This document shows, piece by piece, positions 39,762 through 49,164 of a stretch of DNA of 64,000 bases. Position 1 is the first letter of the stretch, and the number at the start of each line of letters is the position of its first letter. The stretch is from positions 624-64,623 of the forward strand of contig JAAXTX010000004.1 of the NCBI GenBank assembly GCA_013336285.1, written 5' to 3'. Under the pieces are notes generated by a model. It was not told the origin of the DNA and did no database searches. It saw only the letters and a program-made list of their open reading frames with translations. Origin of the DNA: Candidatus Moraniibacteriota bacterium. GTDB lineage: Bacteria > Patescibacteriota > Minisyncoccia > Moranbacterales > UBA1568. A program made the position numbers and the translations under genes.

Positions 39762-40763
39762 ATGGATACGCAGCTTCTTTTTGTCATTTTGATAATCGTC
39801 ACGGCTCTCCTGTTCGATTTCACGAACGGCGCCCATGATGCGGCTAATTCCGTCGCAACGATCGTTTCGACCAAAGTACTTTCCTTGGGTCAGGCGCTCG
39901 TATTCGCCGCCTTTTTCAATTTCATCGCGTTCGTCGTATTCGGGAACGAGGTAGCCAAGACGGTCGGAAGCGGTTTGGTGGATGTGAACCGCGTGACACC
40001 GGAGGTCATCTTCGCGGGACTTCTGGGGGCGATCGTCTGGAACCTGTTGACGCTCTATCTCGCGTTGCCGACGAGTTCTTCACACGCACTTATCGGCGGG
40101 TATGCCGGTGCGGCCGTAGCCAGGGTCGGTTTCGGGGTCATTATCACTGCCGGCTGGATAAAGACAGTCATCTTCATCTTCATCGCGCCTTTGTTGGGGT
40201 TCGCGCTCTCATACGTATTTCTTATCCTCATTTCCTGGGTCATATACCTGATGAAGTTCAAGCCCGGGTCGGTCACCTCCTGGTCAAGGCATGCCCAGCT
40301 CATATCTGCCGGATTGTACAGTCTGGGTCATGGGAGCAATGACGCGCAGAAGACCATCGGTATCATTACGGGGCTCCTGTTCTCGGTCGGATACATCAAG
40401 ACATTTTCCATCCCGTTCTGGGTCGTTATGGCCGCCCATACCGCTATGGCCCTGGGTACGCTCTACGGTGGGAAACGGATTATCAAGACGATGGGTCAGA
40501 AAATATTCAAGCTCCGTCCCCTCGACGGGGTCTGTGCCGAAACCGCAAGCGCAATCAGTATCTTTCTGGCGACTTCCATGGGAGTTCCCGTAAGCACCAC
40601 GCATGTGATAACGGGGGCTATTTCCGGAGTCGGTGCCGCGCAGAGGTTCGCATCCGTAAAGTGGGGTGTGGCGTTGCGTATCATTTGGGCATGGTTTTTT
40701 ACGATTCCGGCTGCGGCAATCATAGCTTTTGTCCTTTTTTCGGTCGGATCGAGGTTGTTCTGA
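39762..40763 (+). CDS. pit: PiT inorganic phosphate transporter
   Basis: NGAHDAANS, PTSSSHA, HGSNDAQK, PVSTTH. Confidence 0.95.
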   Translation: MDTQLLFVILIIVTALLFDFTNGAHDAANSVATIVSTKVLSLGQALVFAAFFNFIAFVVFGNEVAKTVGSGLVDVNRVTPEVIFAGLLGAIVWNLLTLYLALPTSSSHALIGGYAGAAVARVGFGVIITAGWIKTVIFIFIAPLLGFALSYVFLILISWVIYLMKFKPGSVTSWSRHAQLISAGLYSLGHGSNDAQKTIGIITGLLFSVGYIKTFSIPFWVVMAAHTAMALGTLYGGKRIIKTMGQKIFKLRPLDGVCAETASAISIFLATSMGVPVSTTHVITGAISGVGAAQRFASVKWGVALRIIWAWFFTIPAAAIIAFVLFSVGSRLF

Positions 40764-40849
40764 TCCGGATTCGGGATCTTTCCCCGTTTGCCCCGCGGCG
40801 ATTCCCTGATATACTGTAGGTGTGGAATAAATCCGAATAACCGAACCTT

Positions 40850-41395
40850 ATGTTAATAGCATTGATAGTGATCGTCGTGATCGGACTTTGGTCTGTGCTC
40901 GTCTATAATCGGCTCGTCACGGTCAAGAACCGCACCGACGAGTCATGGAGCGATATAGATGTGCAACTCAAACGCCGGTATGACCTCATACCGAATCTAG
41001 TAAGTACGGTAAAGGGGTATGCGGCGCACGAGAGCGGCGTTTTCGAAAAGGTTACCGAGGCTCGGACGCGTGCGATGTCGGCAGGGGGCACTCAGGACAA
41101 GATAGAAGCGGAGAACGCGTTGACCGGCACGCTCAAGAGCCTGTTCGCTGTTGCCGAGAATTATCCGGATCTCAAGGCGAACCAGAACTTTCTTGAACTT
41201 CAACGCGAATTGTCCGATACGGAGAACAAGATCCAGTCCGCTCGACGTTTTTACAATGCGAATGTTCGCGACTTCAATACCCAGATCGAGGTGTTTCCGA
41301 CCAACATCGTCGCTCCGATGCTCGGATTTTCGAAGCGTGAATTCTTCGAACTCGAGGACGAGGCAGCGAAAAAACCGGTCGAAGTGTCGTTCTAA
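40850..41395 (+). CDS. lemA: LemA family protein
   Basis: SDIDVQLKRRYDLIPNLV, ENYPDLKAN, ARRFYN. Confidence 0.96.
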   Translation: MLIALIVIVVIGLWSVLVYNRLVTVKNRTDESWSDIDVQLKRRYDLIPNLVSTVKGYAAHESGVFEKVTEARTRAMSAGGTQDKIEAENALTGTLKSLFAVAENYPDLKANQNFLELQRELSDTENKIQSARRFYNANVRDFNTQIEVFPTNIVAPMLGFSKREFFELEDEAAKKPVEVSF

Positions 41396-41492
41396 ACTGG
41401 ACCGTCGCTGGAAAACCCGTTCATTTTCGGGTATAAAGGAGAGGCGTGATATCGCCTCTCCTTTTACGTAAGGACACACAAGTCAATATAAT

Positions 41493-42386
41493 ATGCCTTC
41501 AATCTATACCAGTTACGACCGGAACAGTCGGCTTACGTGGGTGTACATGACGACCTTTCTCGTACTCGTCATCGCGGTCGGGTACGTATTCGCATCCGCA
41601 CTCGATTCGCCCGGAATTTTGCCTTTCGCAGTCGTTTTTTCCGTTCTCATGAGCTTTGCGTCATATTGGTGGAGCGACAAGATAGTGTTATCGATGAGCG
41701 GTGCACGGCCGATCGGACCAGAAGACAACCGTGAGCTGTTTCGCATAGTGGAGAACCTTTCCATAACGGCAGGGCTTCCCATGCCGCGGATTTACGTCAT
41801 AGAGGATACGGCCATGAATGCCTTTGCGACCGGCCGAGATCCCGAACACGGGGTCATCTGTTTCACGACCGGACTCCTGAGTAGGCTCGACAAGACCGAG
41901 ATCGAAGGGGTAGCGGCACATGAACTTTCCCATATCGGAAACCGTGACACGCTTATCTCAACGATCGTGGTCGTTCTGGTCGGTTTCATCGCGCTCTTGG
42001 CCGATTGGTTTCGGAATACCCTCTGGTTCGGCCGTCGTCGCGGCGATGACAGTGAAGGAGGCCAGCTTCAGATGATATTCTTTTTGCTCGCGATAGTACT
42101 CTCCATTCTCGCACCGATCGCGGCTACGCTTATGCAGCTTGCCATCTCGCGAAAACGAGAATTCGTCGCGGACGCGTCCGGCGTACTCCTGACCAGGTAT
42201 CCAGAAGGCCTTGCTTCGGCGCTACGAAAAATTTCATCCGACATCGAACCGCTGGAGGCGGCGAACCGCGCCACGGCACATCTGTATATCGCCAATCCCT
42301 TCAAGGGGGGGAGGGGAGCAAAACTGTTTATGACCCATCCACCCATCGAGGAACGTATCGCGGCGCTTCTCCCGAACGGTCATTGA
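41493..42386 (+). CDS. htpX: M48 zinc metalloprotease HtpX
   Basis: NAFATG, AHELSH, SRKREFVAD, THPP. Confidence 0.95.
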   Translation: MPSIYTSYDRNSRLTWVYMTTFLVLVIAVGYVFASALDSPGILPFAVVFSVLMSFASYWWSDKIVLSMSGARPIGPEDNRELFRIVENLSITAGLPMPRIYVIEDTAMNAFATGRDPEHGVICFTTGLLSRLDKTEIEGVAAHELSHIGNRDTLISTIVVVLVGFIALLADWFRNTLWFGRRRGDDSEGGQLQMIFFLLAIVLSILAPIAATLMQLAISRKREFVADASGVLLTRYPEGLASALRKISSDIEPLEAANRATAHLYIANPFKGGRGAKLFMTHPPIEERIAALLPNGH

Positions 42387-42409
42387 CCATCGTTCCGATC
42401 GATATAGAT

Positions 42410-42859
42410 ATGCCGAACTACCAGGAATTCCTCAGGATGGCGCGGGAACGACGGGCGAAGGGTGGCGTCAAAACGGGAGACGTCGTTTTTACCCGTCATG
42501 CGGAGTTCAAGATGAAACAGTACGGACTCTCGACGCAGCGGGTCCGGACGGTCATTCGAAATCCGAAACGTCGTGAGGAAGGAGTCGCGAAGGATACCAT
42601 CGCCGTGATGCAACCCGGATCGGTGAGGCGGAAGGAAGGGAAAGAAACATGGAATCAGGAGATCTGGGTGATGTTTCAGACGGTCAAGAGAAGGCGTGTA
42701 ACGGTCAAAAGCCGCGGTCCGGAAATATCGGCTTCCGGCAATATCAGGGTCATAAGCGCATGGAGGTATCCGGGAATAAGTCCGCAAGGAAACCCTATCC
42801 CGGAGGAAATTTTGCGAGAAATCGAGGAAGGGAGTATTCTGGAGATGGATATAATCTGA
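42410..42859 (+). CDS. DUF4258/BrnT-like hypothetical protein
   Basis: VVFTRHA..KM...GLS...V..VI.NP...IRVISAWR. Confidence 0.7.
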   Translation: MPNYQEFLRMARERRAKGGVKTGDVVFTRHAEFKMKQYGLSTQRVRTVIRNPKRREEGVAKDTIAVMQPGSVRRKEGKETWNQEIWVMFQTVKRRRVTVKSRGPEISASGNIRVISAWRYPGISPQGNPIPEEILREIEEGSILEMDII

Positions 42860-42872
42860 TAAACATACGTAT

Positions 42873-43256
42873 ATGTCGGAAGAAATCAAGCAGACGGAGA
42901 CAACGGAGGCTCCGAAGGCGGCTCCGGTGGCACCCAAGGCGGACTCGTCGGATGTCGAGCAGAACAAGGTCATGGCGATCGTGGGATATATCGTGCCGAT
43001 TCTTTTCTTCGTTCCGATGTTGGCCGAGAAGAAGAGTCCGTTCGGTATGTACCATGCCAAGCAGCAGTTGAACCTGCTTCTCGCGGGTATCGCGGTCAAC
43101 GTAGTCGGGACGATCATTCCGATACTCGGATGGTTCATCATTTTGCCGCTCGGTTCGATCGCCCTCATCGTCCTTATGATCATGGGTGTCATCAACGCGT
43201 CGAAGGGCGAGTTGAAGCAGCTTCCTGTCATCGGAGGAATTCAGATCATCAAGTAG
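42873..43256 (+). CDS. DUF4870 (Tic20-like) membrane protein
   Basis: AIVGY...YHAKQ...GVINA.KGE...LPVIG. Confidence 0.85.
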   Translation: MSEEIKQTETTEAPKAAPVAPKADSSDVEQNKVMAIVGYIVPILFFVPMLAEKKSPFGMYHAKQQLNLLLAGIAVNVVGTIIPILGWFIILPLGSIALIVLMIMGVINASKGELKQLPVIGGIQIIK

Positions 43257-43278
43257 CGTTTCGAATATTTCGGTAAGT

Positions 43279-43308
43279 AAGCCGCCCCGGTCTTCCGGGG
43301 CGGCTTTA
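43279..43308 (+). terminator. GC-rich hairpin terminator
   Basis: AAGCCGCCCCGG-TCTT-CCGGGGCGGCTTT. Confidence 0.7.
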
Positions 43309-43645
43309 CGCTTCCCGTAGTCCGTACGGATCAAGGCCGCGTGCTTTTACGAAGCACCGTCCTGCCTAAGTGATATGAAGGTACGGAACGCGGATCATGG
43401 TAATCAGGGTAGACTTGCATGATACTCGGATACGTACCGACAAGGGTATCAAAGTCTGGTTCCTTGTACCGACGACGACGGGCAGGATATGTTCCCCAGT
43501 TTCGGTTCGTCGATTGTCCCTTTACAGATATAGAACCACGTGGTAGTCTCCGGCTTCGAGAAATTATGTATCTTCACAATCCGGTGTATCGGTGGGCGGA
43601 AGGAAACGAACGTCGCCATACATCTACAATTAAAAAAGGGAAACC

Positions 43646-44134
43646 ATGAACGATCAGAATCAGAAGGCGACCGAGGATATGACGGATGGAACCGTCCCGC
43701 TTACGGACGGACACGCGGTCCATGTACCGCATCCGCGGATCGAGGAACGGAAAATGTCCGGTCCTCATCTTACCACTGACGAGCACGTCGGTTTCAACGG
43801 CCGATTGGCGGTAATCATTACGAACATAGTGAGTACGATGTGGTGCGCGTACGTCTTCGCCGCACTCGCGCTCATCAGTCTGCCGACGGCAATACACGGA
43901 GGTACGGCCACGCTTGTCTCATGGATAGCGCAGACGTTCCTTCAATTGGTTCTGCTGTCCGTGATCATGGTCGGGCAGAAAGTATCGGCGGCGGCATCCG
44001 ACAAGCAGGCGAGACAGACGTTTCGGGATACCGAGGCAATTCTCGACATGCAGGACGATATGCGTCGTTTGATCGAGGTCAATAACGAATTGACCGAGGA
44101 AATTCATCGCATGGTCGTGAAAAGAGAGAAGTGA
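43646..44134 (+). CDS. DUF1003-like membrane protein
   Basis: LAV.IT..V.TMW...SW...FLQLVLLSVIMVGQ. Confidence 0.8.
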   Translation: MNDQNQKATEDMTDGTVPLTDGHAVHVPHPRIEERKMSGPHLTTDEHVGFNGRLAVIITNIVSTMWCAYVFAALALISLPTAIHGGTATLVSWIAQTFLQLVLLSVIMVGQKVSAAASDKQARQTFRDTEAILDMQDDMRRLIEVNNELTEEIHRMVVKREK

Positions 44135-44604
44135 TGCCGCGGATTCAAGCGGGACCACCGCGACCGATCGCAAGGCGACATGTATTCGCGTGGAAAATAT
44201 TTCCTTGAAGGGAACAGGATGAGATAGAAAATCGGAATATTTCATGAATGAAAAGAAAACGCGCCGTATAAGACGGACCATGATGCGTACTGAAACGTCC
44301 GACGAGATCCGCTGTCGCCATCAAGGCCGGCGGATTTTTATTCTCGAAATATCGCCGCAAATCAAGCGGCACATGCATGATTCGAATCAAGGTCGGAATC
44401 GGCGATATGCGGACGGATCCTCCGATATAAGATCGTTGCCTATCGGATTTGTCATCACGGACATACGGAAGTCGGTTCGACGGCGGAACGATACCGCGCA
44501 TATTCCGGGGCATGGTTCGTAGCGTTTTCATCTTTTTTACAAGCGGCGCTATAATGAAGTCGGGAATCATACGGGAACATGAAAATGATCATAATATCAA
44601 CTCT

Positions 44605-46035
44605 ATGAAAAACACGAAAATCGTGGCGACCATCGGCCCCTCTTCCGAATCCAAGGAGAAACTTCGTGCGCTTGCCGTGGCGGGAATGGATGTCGTCCGG
44701 CTCAACTTCTCGCACAATGAGCATGCCTGGCACCGCGACGTGATCAACCGTGTCCGCGAGGTGTCGGAAGAGCTCGGTCAGCCGATCGGGATACTTGCCG
44801 ATATGCAAGGACCCCGCATCCGTATCGGGAACGACACCGAGATTTCCATAACGCAAGGCGAGACGGTCCGCGTGAGCGACATATCCCGAAAGGAGACGCT
44901 CACAGTGTCGGAGATGCAGACGATCTTCCTCGATATAGCGGGAATCTCCGATCCGCTCGAAGCCGGACATCAGATACTGATCGAGGACGGTACGAAACGG
45001 CTTTCCGTCACCGGTCGCGAGGAAGGCGCCGCGATCGCGAAGGTCGAAACCGCCGGTGTCATCAAGCCGCGAAAAGGCGTGAATCTTCCGGATTCCGTTC
45101 TGGATCTCCCGATCCTTTCCGATAAGGATAGGAAGGACCTCGCCTTCGTCCTCAAGGAAGGAGTCGATTTCGTGGGGCTTTCCTTCGTGGGTTCCGCGGC
45201 GGATATCGAAAGCGCACGGGAAGCGATGCGGGCCGAACTTCCTGAAGGCGCAAGATTGCCGGATATCATCTCGAAGATCGAGCGAAAGGAGGCTATCAGG
45301 AATCTCGATGAGATAATCAGGGTGACGGACGCGGTCATGGTCGCCCGCGGGGATCTCGGTATCGAAATGCCGGAATCCGAAGTCACGCTACTGCAGAAGG
45401 ATATCATCCGAAGAAGCCTGTTGGGACTTCGTCCGGTCATCGTAGCTACCCAGATGATGAAGACGATGACCGATACCCCGGTACCGACCAGGGCGGAAGT
45501 GAGCGACGTGACGAACGCGGTCGTGGACCACGCCGACGCCGTGATGCTTTCCGAGGAGTCCGCTATGGGTAAGTTTCCGGTGGAAACCGTCTCGATGATG
45601 CAGGAAATCATGTCAAAAACGGAGGAGTCGCCTTTCGACGACGTATACGATGCGCTCGACCTCTATGTCCATTCCGAGTACGCCGCGCTCATACGGAGCG
45701 TGTACGAGCTTGCCAAGAGCTTCAAGACCAAGGCTATCCTGTTGCTCTCGATGAGCGGCTATACCGCGAGACTCGCCTCCCATTTCCGGCCTGCCACGGG
45801 CATATTTACCGCAACGAACGATCGAAGGACGTACAACCAGCTCGCTTTGGTCTGGGGGGTCAGACCGTATCTTTTCGAGGGGGACAAGAATCTTGATTCC
45901 TATATCGACAAGATGGTGGATCAGGCGAAGGAGAGCGGCGAACTTCTCACCGGGGACCAGACGGTCGTCTTTCTCGGCCGCGTTCCCGGGGAGCGCGATA
46001 TGATGCGTCTTGTCGGAATCCGGGAAATACGGTAG
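44605..46035 (+). CDS. pyk: pyruvate kinase
   Basis: TKIVATIGP, RLNFSH, KIER, MVARGDLG, ATQM, PTRAEVSDV. Confidence 0.97.
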   Translation: MKNTKIVATIGPSSESKEKLRALAVAGMDVVRLNFSHNEHAWHRDVINRVREVSEELGQPIGILADMQGPRIRIGNDTEISITQGETVRVSDISRKETLTVSEMQTIFLDIAGISDPLEAGHQILIEDGTKRLSVTGREEGAAIAKVETAGVIKPRKGVNLPDSVLDLPILSDKDRKDLAFVLKEGVDFVGLSFVGSAADIESAREAMRAELPEGARLPDIISKIERKEAIRNLDEIIRVTDAVMVARGDLGIEMPESEVTLLQKDIIRRSLLGLRPVIVATQMMKTMTDTPVPTRAEVSDVTNAVVDHADAVMLSEESAMGKFPVETVSMMQEIMSKTEESPFDDVYDALDLYVHSEYAALIRSVYELAKSFKTKAILLLSMSGYTARLASHFRPATGIFTATNDRRTYNQLALVWGVRPYLFEGDKNLDSYIDKMVDQAKESGELLTGDQTVVFLGRVPGERDMMRLVGIREIR

Positions 46036-46186
46036 GCTTTATTCCTGGGGAGCGTGAAGCTTCGCAGAGCTTCAAAAAGCTGCGAAAGTTCCTTTTAGCT
46101 TCTAGAACAGGAGAAGGGAAGGCTTTGAAATTGGAAATGCCCCCGTTTCCTGTTTATTGTTCATTGTTCGCTGATATCTGATATTT

Positions 46187-46301
46187 GGAGAGGTGGCCGA
46201 GTGGTTGAAGGCGCGCGCTTGGAAAGCGCGTTAGGGGCAACTCTACGCAGGTTCGCCCGGGCATTCGCCGGGCGCCCCGCGTATGCGGGGCGAATCCTCC
46301 G
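46187..46301 (+). pseudogene. tRNA-Ser(GGA) duplicate with a 37-nt T-loop insertion and a 3' deletion
   Basis: 46187-46255 is identical to 46342-46410; two hairpins inserted before AATCCT; 3' acceptor strand largely missing. Confidence 0.85.
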
Positions 46302-46341
46302 ATATGTTTTCAAAATAGAAGATGATATAGTTGGCAATTAC

Positions 46342-46426
46342 GGAGAGGTGGCCGAGTGGTTGAAGGCGCGCGCTTGGAAAGCGCGTTAGGGGCAACTCTA
46401 CGCAGGTTCGAATCCTGTCCTCTCCG
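46342..46426 (+). tRNA. tRNA-Ser(GGA)
   Basis: GGAGAGG/CCTCTCC acceptor, CGCGC-TTGGAAA-GCGCG anticodon arm, long variable arm, G73. Confidence 0.95.
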
Positions 46427-46514
46427 CAGCTCGCTTGTTTTATCGAGTAACCCGAACGCTTTTATAATGCTCAAAATCAAACCACGTCTTAGTGGTTTGA
46501 TTTTTGTGACTATT

Positions 46515-47141
46515 ATGACTAATCCCCAAGACTGGAGAATTGAAGATCATTTTACAGGGATAGAAATTTCTCAGATATTGCCTATTTCTGAGAGATTTAA
46601 TTCAATGCTCGCGAGAGTGAAGAATCGAGAATCACTTGTTTCGAGTATGGAGAATATTTTTGGCATTGTATTTATGGCTCGAGAACTTGAGTGCCATTTT
46701 GAAATTTTTCAACGTCTTCATTCTTCAATTACTCCTTGTAGCTTTAGTCCAATAAGGTCTTCAGAAGAACAAAAAACTATTGAAAAAATGAGGTTTGAAG
46801 CTTTTGCTTACATAAACACTTTAGGGAGATTATATTACTGGATTTCTAAAAGGGGATTGAGCAATGCGCCAAAGATTATTGAAATAGTAGAAGCGTTTAG
46901 GCACAAATACACGGCTCATAGAAGTTCTGATAAGACCAAAAACGAGACAGATTATGAAAAGGAAGTCCATCACTATGTGATTCTTGGAAACCTTTTTAGG
47001 GATAATCAACTAGTGCTACAGATTCAGAAAACACAGGGCAGTATAGTGGAATTTAACCTTACTAAAGACCATGATGTTATCATGAATGAGTTTATAGAGG
47101 TATTTTCAAAATTTTTAGAAGATTTGAAAAGCCCGACCTGA
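46515..47141 (+). CDS. AT-rich hypothetical protein, possible HEPN domain
   Basis: Helical; FEAFAYI...L and an R-x5-H motif (RHKYTAH); directly 3' of tRNA-Ser. Confidence 0.7.
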   Translation: MTNPQDWRIEDHFTGIEISQILPISERFNSMLARVKNRESLVSSMENIFGIVFMARELECHFEIFQRLHSSITPCSFSPIRSSEEQKTIEKMRFEAFAYINTLGRLYYWISKRGLSNAPKIIEIVEAFRHKYTAHRSSDKTKNETDYEKEVHHYVILGNLFRDNQLVLQIQKTQGSIVEFNLTKDHDVIMNEFIEVFSKFLEDLKSPT

Positions 47142-47314
47142 ACACTCTAATTTACTATATTCTAAGTATCCTCAAAGAACCCCTCAACATCCCCACACTT
47201 CAAGATTCCAGACCGAGATAGCTCGCAGCGGAAAACGAAAGAGTCCCTGAGGGGATTTTTTTGTTCATATTCAAACCGATGTATACTAGAATACATAATC
47301 CGCGGCAAAATCCT

Positions 47315-47692
47315 ATGCAAAACGATGCCAAGAAAATATTCCTGAATACGGTCGGTTGGGGATTCGTGCTCTGGCTCGTCGGCTATGTGCTGGGTATCGT
47401 TTTCTTCGCCCTTGTACCGAAAGACCAGATCGGATACTTCGTTATGCCGCTCGGTGTGGCGTTTACTTTATGGGTGCTGTGGAAGAAGATAGAGCGGGAG
47501 GAACTCATGTGCTATTTCGGACTGGGCATTATCTGGACTGTCATGGCGATCGTTTTGGACTATCTTTTCAATGTGAAATTGTTTCACCTGACCGATTACT
47601 ACAAGCAGGATGTGTATCTGTACTACGTCCTAACCTTTATCTTGCCAGTTGCCTTCGGGTGGTATAGGTTCAAGGTGAAGAAAGGGAAGTAG
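47315..47692 (+). CDS. four-TM membrane protein
   Basis: Hydrophobic pattern; GIIW...LDYLF. Confidence 0.8.
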   Translation: MQNDAKKIFLNTVGWGFVLWLVGYVLGIVFFALVPKDQIGYFVMPLGVAFTLWVLWKKIEREELMCYFGLGIIWTVMAIVLDYLFNVKLFHLTDYYKQDVYLYYVLTFILPVAFGWYRFKVKKGK

Positions 47693-47718
47693 GGGAGATT
47701 ATATGGTACTCGTCATTG

Positions 47719-47778
47719 GTCATCCCGGGCTAGACCCGGGATCCAGAGCATAGATTCCGGCTCAAAGTCTGGAATGAC
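47719..47778. repeat. small palindromic intergenic element (REP/RPE-like)
   Basis: GTCAT-CCCGGG-CTAGA-CCCGGG-ATCCAG...GATTCCGG...CTGGA-ATGAC with terminal GTCAT/ATGAC inverted repeats. Confidence 0.65.
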
Positions 47779-47824
47779 AGGAAAAAAGAATTTCAACAGG
47801 TTTAAACCATTCATTTGTACGAAT

Positions 47825-48133
47825 ATGTCCACGTTTTGCCACGCGTGCGGGATGCCGCTAACGAAGAAAGAGGATTTCGCGGGAGCGAACGAACAGATGG
47901 ATTTCTGTCTGCACTGTGCCGATGGGGACGGGAACGTACATTCGTGTGAGGCGATCTTCGAGGGAGGCGTACAGTTTTTCATAGGGGCGATGGGTGCGGA
48001 TCGCGCACTCGCGGAGCGCGTGACACGCAAGAATATGAAGGGCCTGCCGCATTGGCTGGGGAATGAGAGTGACTGTCTTCAGGGTGAGGAGGCGACCGAT
48101 GACGAATTTGCGAAGGTGCTGGGGAAGTTGTGA
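47825..48133 (+). CDS. zinc-ribbon domain protein
   Basis: FCHACGMPL...DFCLHC..DG...L..W. Confidence 0.85.
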   Translation: MSTFCHACGMPLTKKEDFAGANEQMDFCLHCADGDGNVHSCEAIFEGGVQFFIGAMGADRALAERVTRKNMKGLPHWLGNESDCLQGEEATDDEFAKVLGKL

Positions 48134-48142
48134 TAACCAGCT

Positions 48143-48453
48143 ATGGAATCCTATAAGCTCCTCGTCTTTGTGCCGCCAACGCACGCGAACGCGGTACTGG
48201 AAGCGATGGGGAGGGCAGGTGCCGGCAGGTCGGGTAACTGTTCGTTCAGCTTGCGTCGGACCAGTCGATTTCTCCCAGATGAAGGGTCGTAATCCCCCGA
48301 TCGGCGAGGAAGGAATGCTGTAGGAAGTCGATAAAGAACGGATAGAGGTCCTTTGTGACGAGGAGATGGTCGGACGTGGTCATCGCCGCGATGAAGTCCG
48401 TCCATCCGTGACAGGATATCGCCTACGACGCGTATCCATTGGAAGAGAGATAG
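48143..48453 (+). pseudogene. YqfO/NIF3 PII-like-domain pseudogene
   Basis: MESYKLLVFVP..HA.AV..AM..AGAG..GN.SF, then NPPIGEEG..*EV...RIEV, then AAMKSVHP*..IAYDAYPL; two frameshifts and two stops. Confidence 0.8.
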
Positions 48454-48532
48454 GCAATTGACAGTCGCGACAATATCGGTAAGACTGACTCATCAGTTAT
48501 TTTCCAGAAATGAAAAGAAAGAGGAGGTCGCG

Positions 48533-49033
48533 ATGGGGGAACTTACGGTCCATGTCGGCTTCGTGCGCACGAGCACGAAGGGTGCGTTTTCCGAAAAGAA
48601 AAAGGATACGGTAGCAGCCGTGGTCCAGTCCCTTCGAAGGTGGTTCGACGGGAAAAATGGCTTCGATACGGAAAGTCTTTTTCCTAAGAGGATAGGCCTA
48701 AAAGATCCGTTCGGATACGCTGTCACGTGTGATGGGAGAGAGTGTTTCAGACTGTCGTTCGACGGGGAGGAACCGTTCAGGATACGTGAGGAGGACGGTT
48801 GCTTCGAAGCGAAATTCCGGATTGACGGGGTGTTGCCGGAACAGCCTGAACTTCGAGAAACCGCCCTTGAAAATCTTTTCGGATTCCTGTCGTTCGGGAG
48901 GCGCTCCACGAACCCGCGGTTCTATTTTTCGGAACTACGCGTGAACGGGATATTTATCAGGGTGCCGGACAGGTTGGATGCGTCGATCGACCAAGTACGG
49001 GTATTATTCATGGAAGCCGCCCTCAAAGAATGA
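48533..49033 (+). CDS. hypothetical protein
   Basis: GAGGAGG SD; TTGACA at 48458; 166 aa. Confidence 0.75.
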   Translation: MGELTVHVGFVRTSTKGAFSEKKKDTVAAVVQSLRRWFDGKNGFDTESLFPKRIGLKDPFGYAVTCDGRECFRLSFDGEEPFRIREEDGCFEAKFRIDGVLPEQPELRETALENLFGFLSFGRRSTNPRFYFSELRVNGIFIRVPDRLDASIDQVRVLFMEAALKE

Positions 49034-49164
49034 GGGCGGCATTTTTTCTCGTCGCGATCGGGAGTGGTCGTGACGGATGAACGGATGTTTGACAGTGTTT
49101 CGGAAATGCGACAGTCTTGAAACCGCATTCCTTAACATGATCAGAATAAGGTGAAGGAGTTATC

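Noticed and set aside
43310-44600. Short ORFs in the gaps around the DUF1003 gene (43419-43649, 44145-44570) and at 26626-26816
   Set aside because: No motifs, RBS or consistent coding signal; cannot be supported.
46256-46292. Self-splicing or BHB intron in tRNA-Ser
   Set aside because: Too short for group I/II; removing it still leaves a broken acceptor stem.
48143-48453. Stop-codon reassignment (code 25)
   Set aside because: Frameshifts co-occur with both TAG and TGA, and TGA terminates many intact genes (e.g. tilS, rsmA, htpX).
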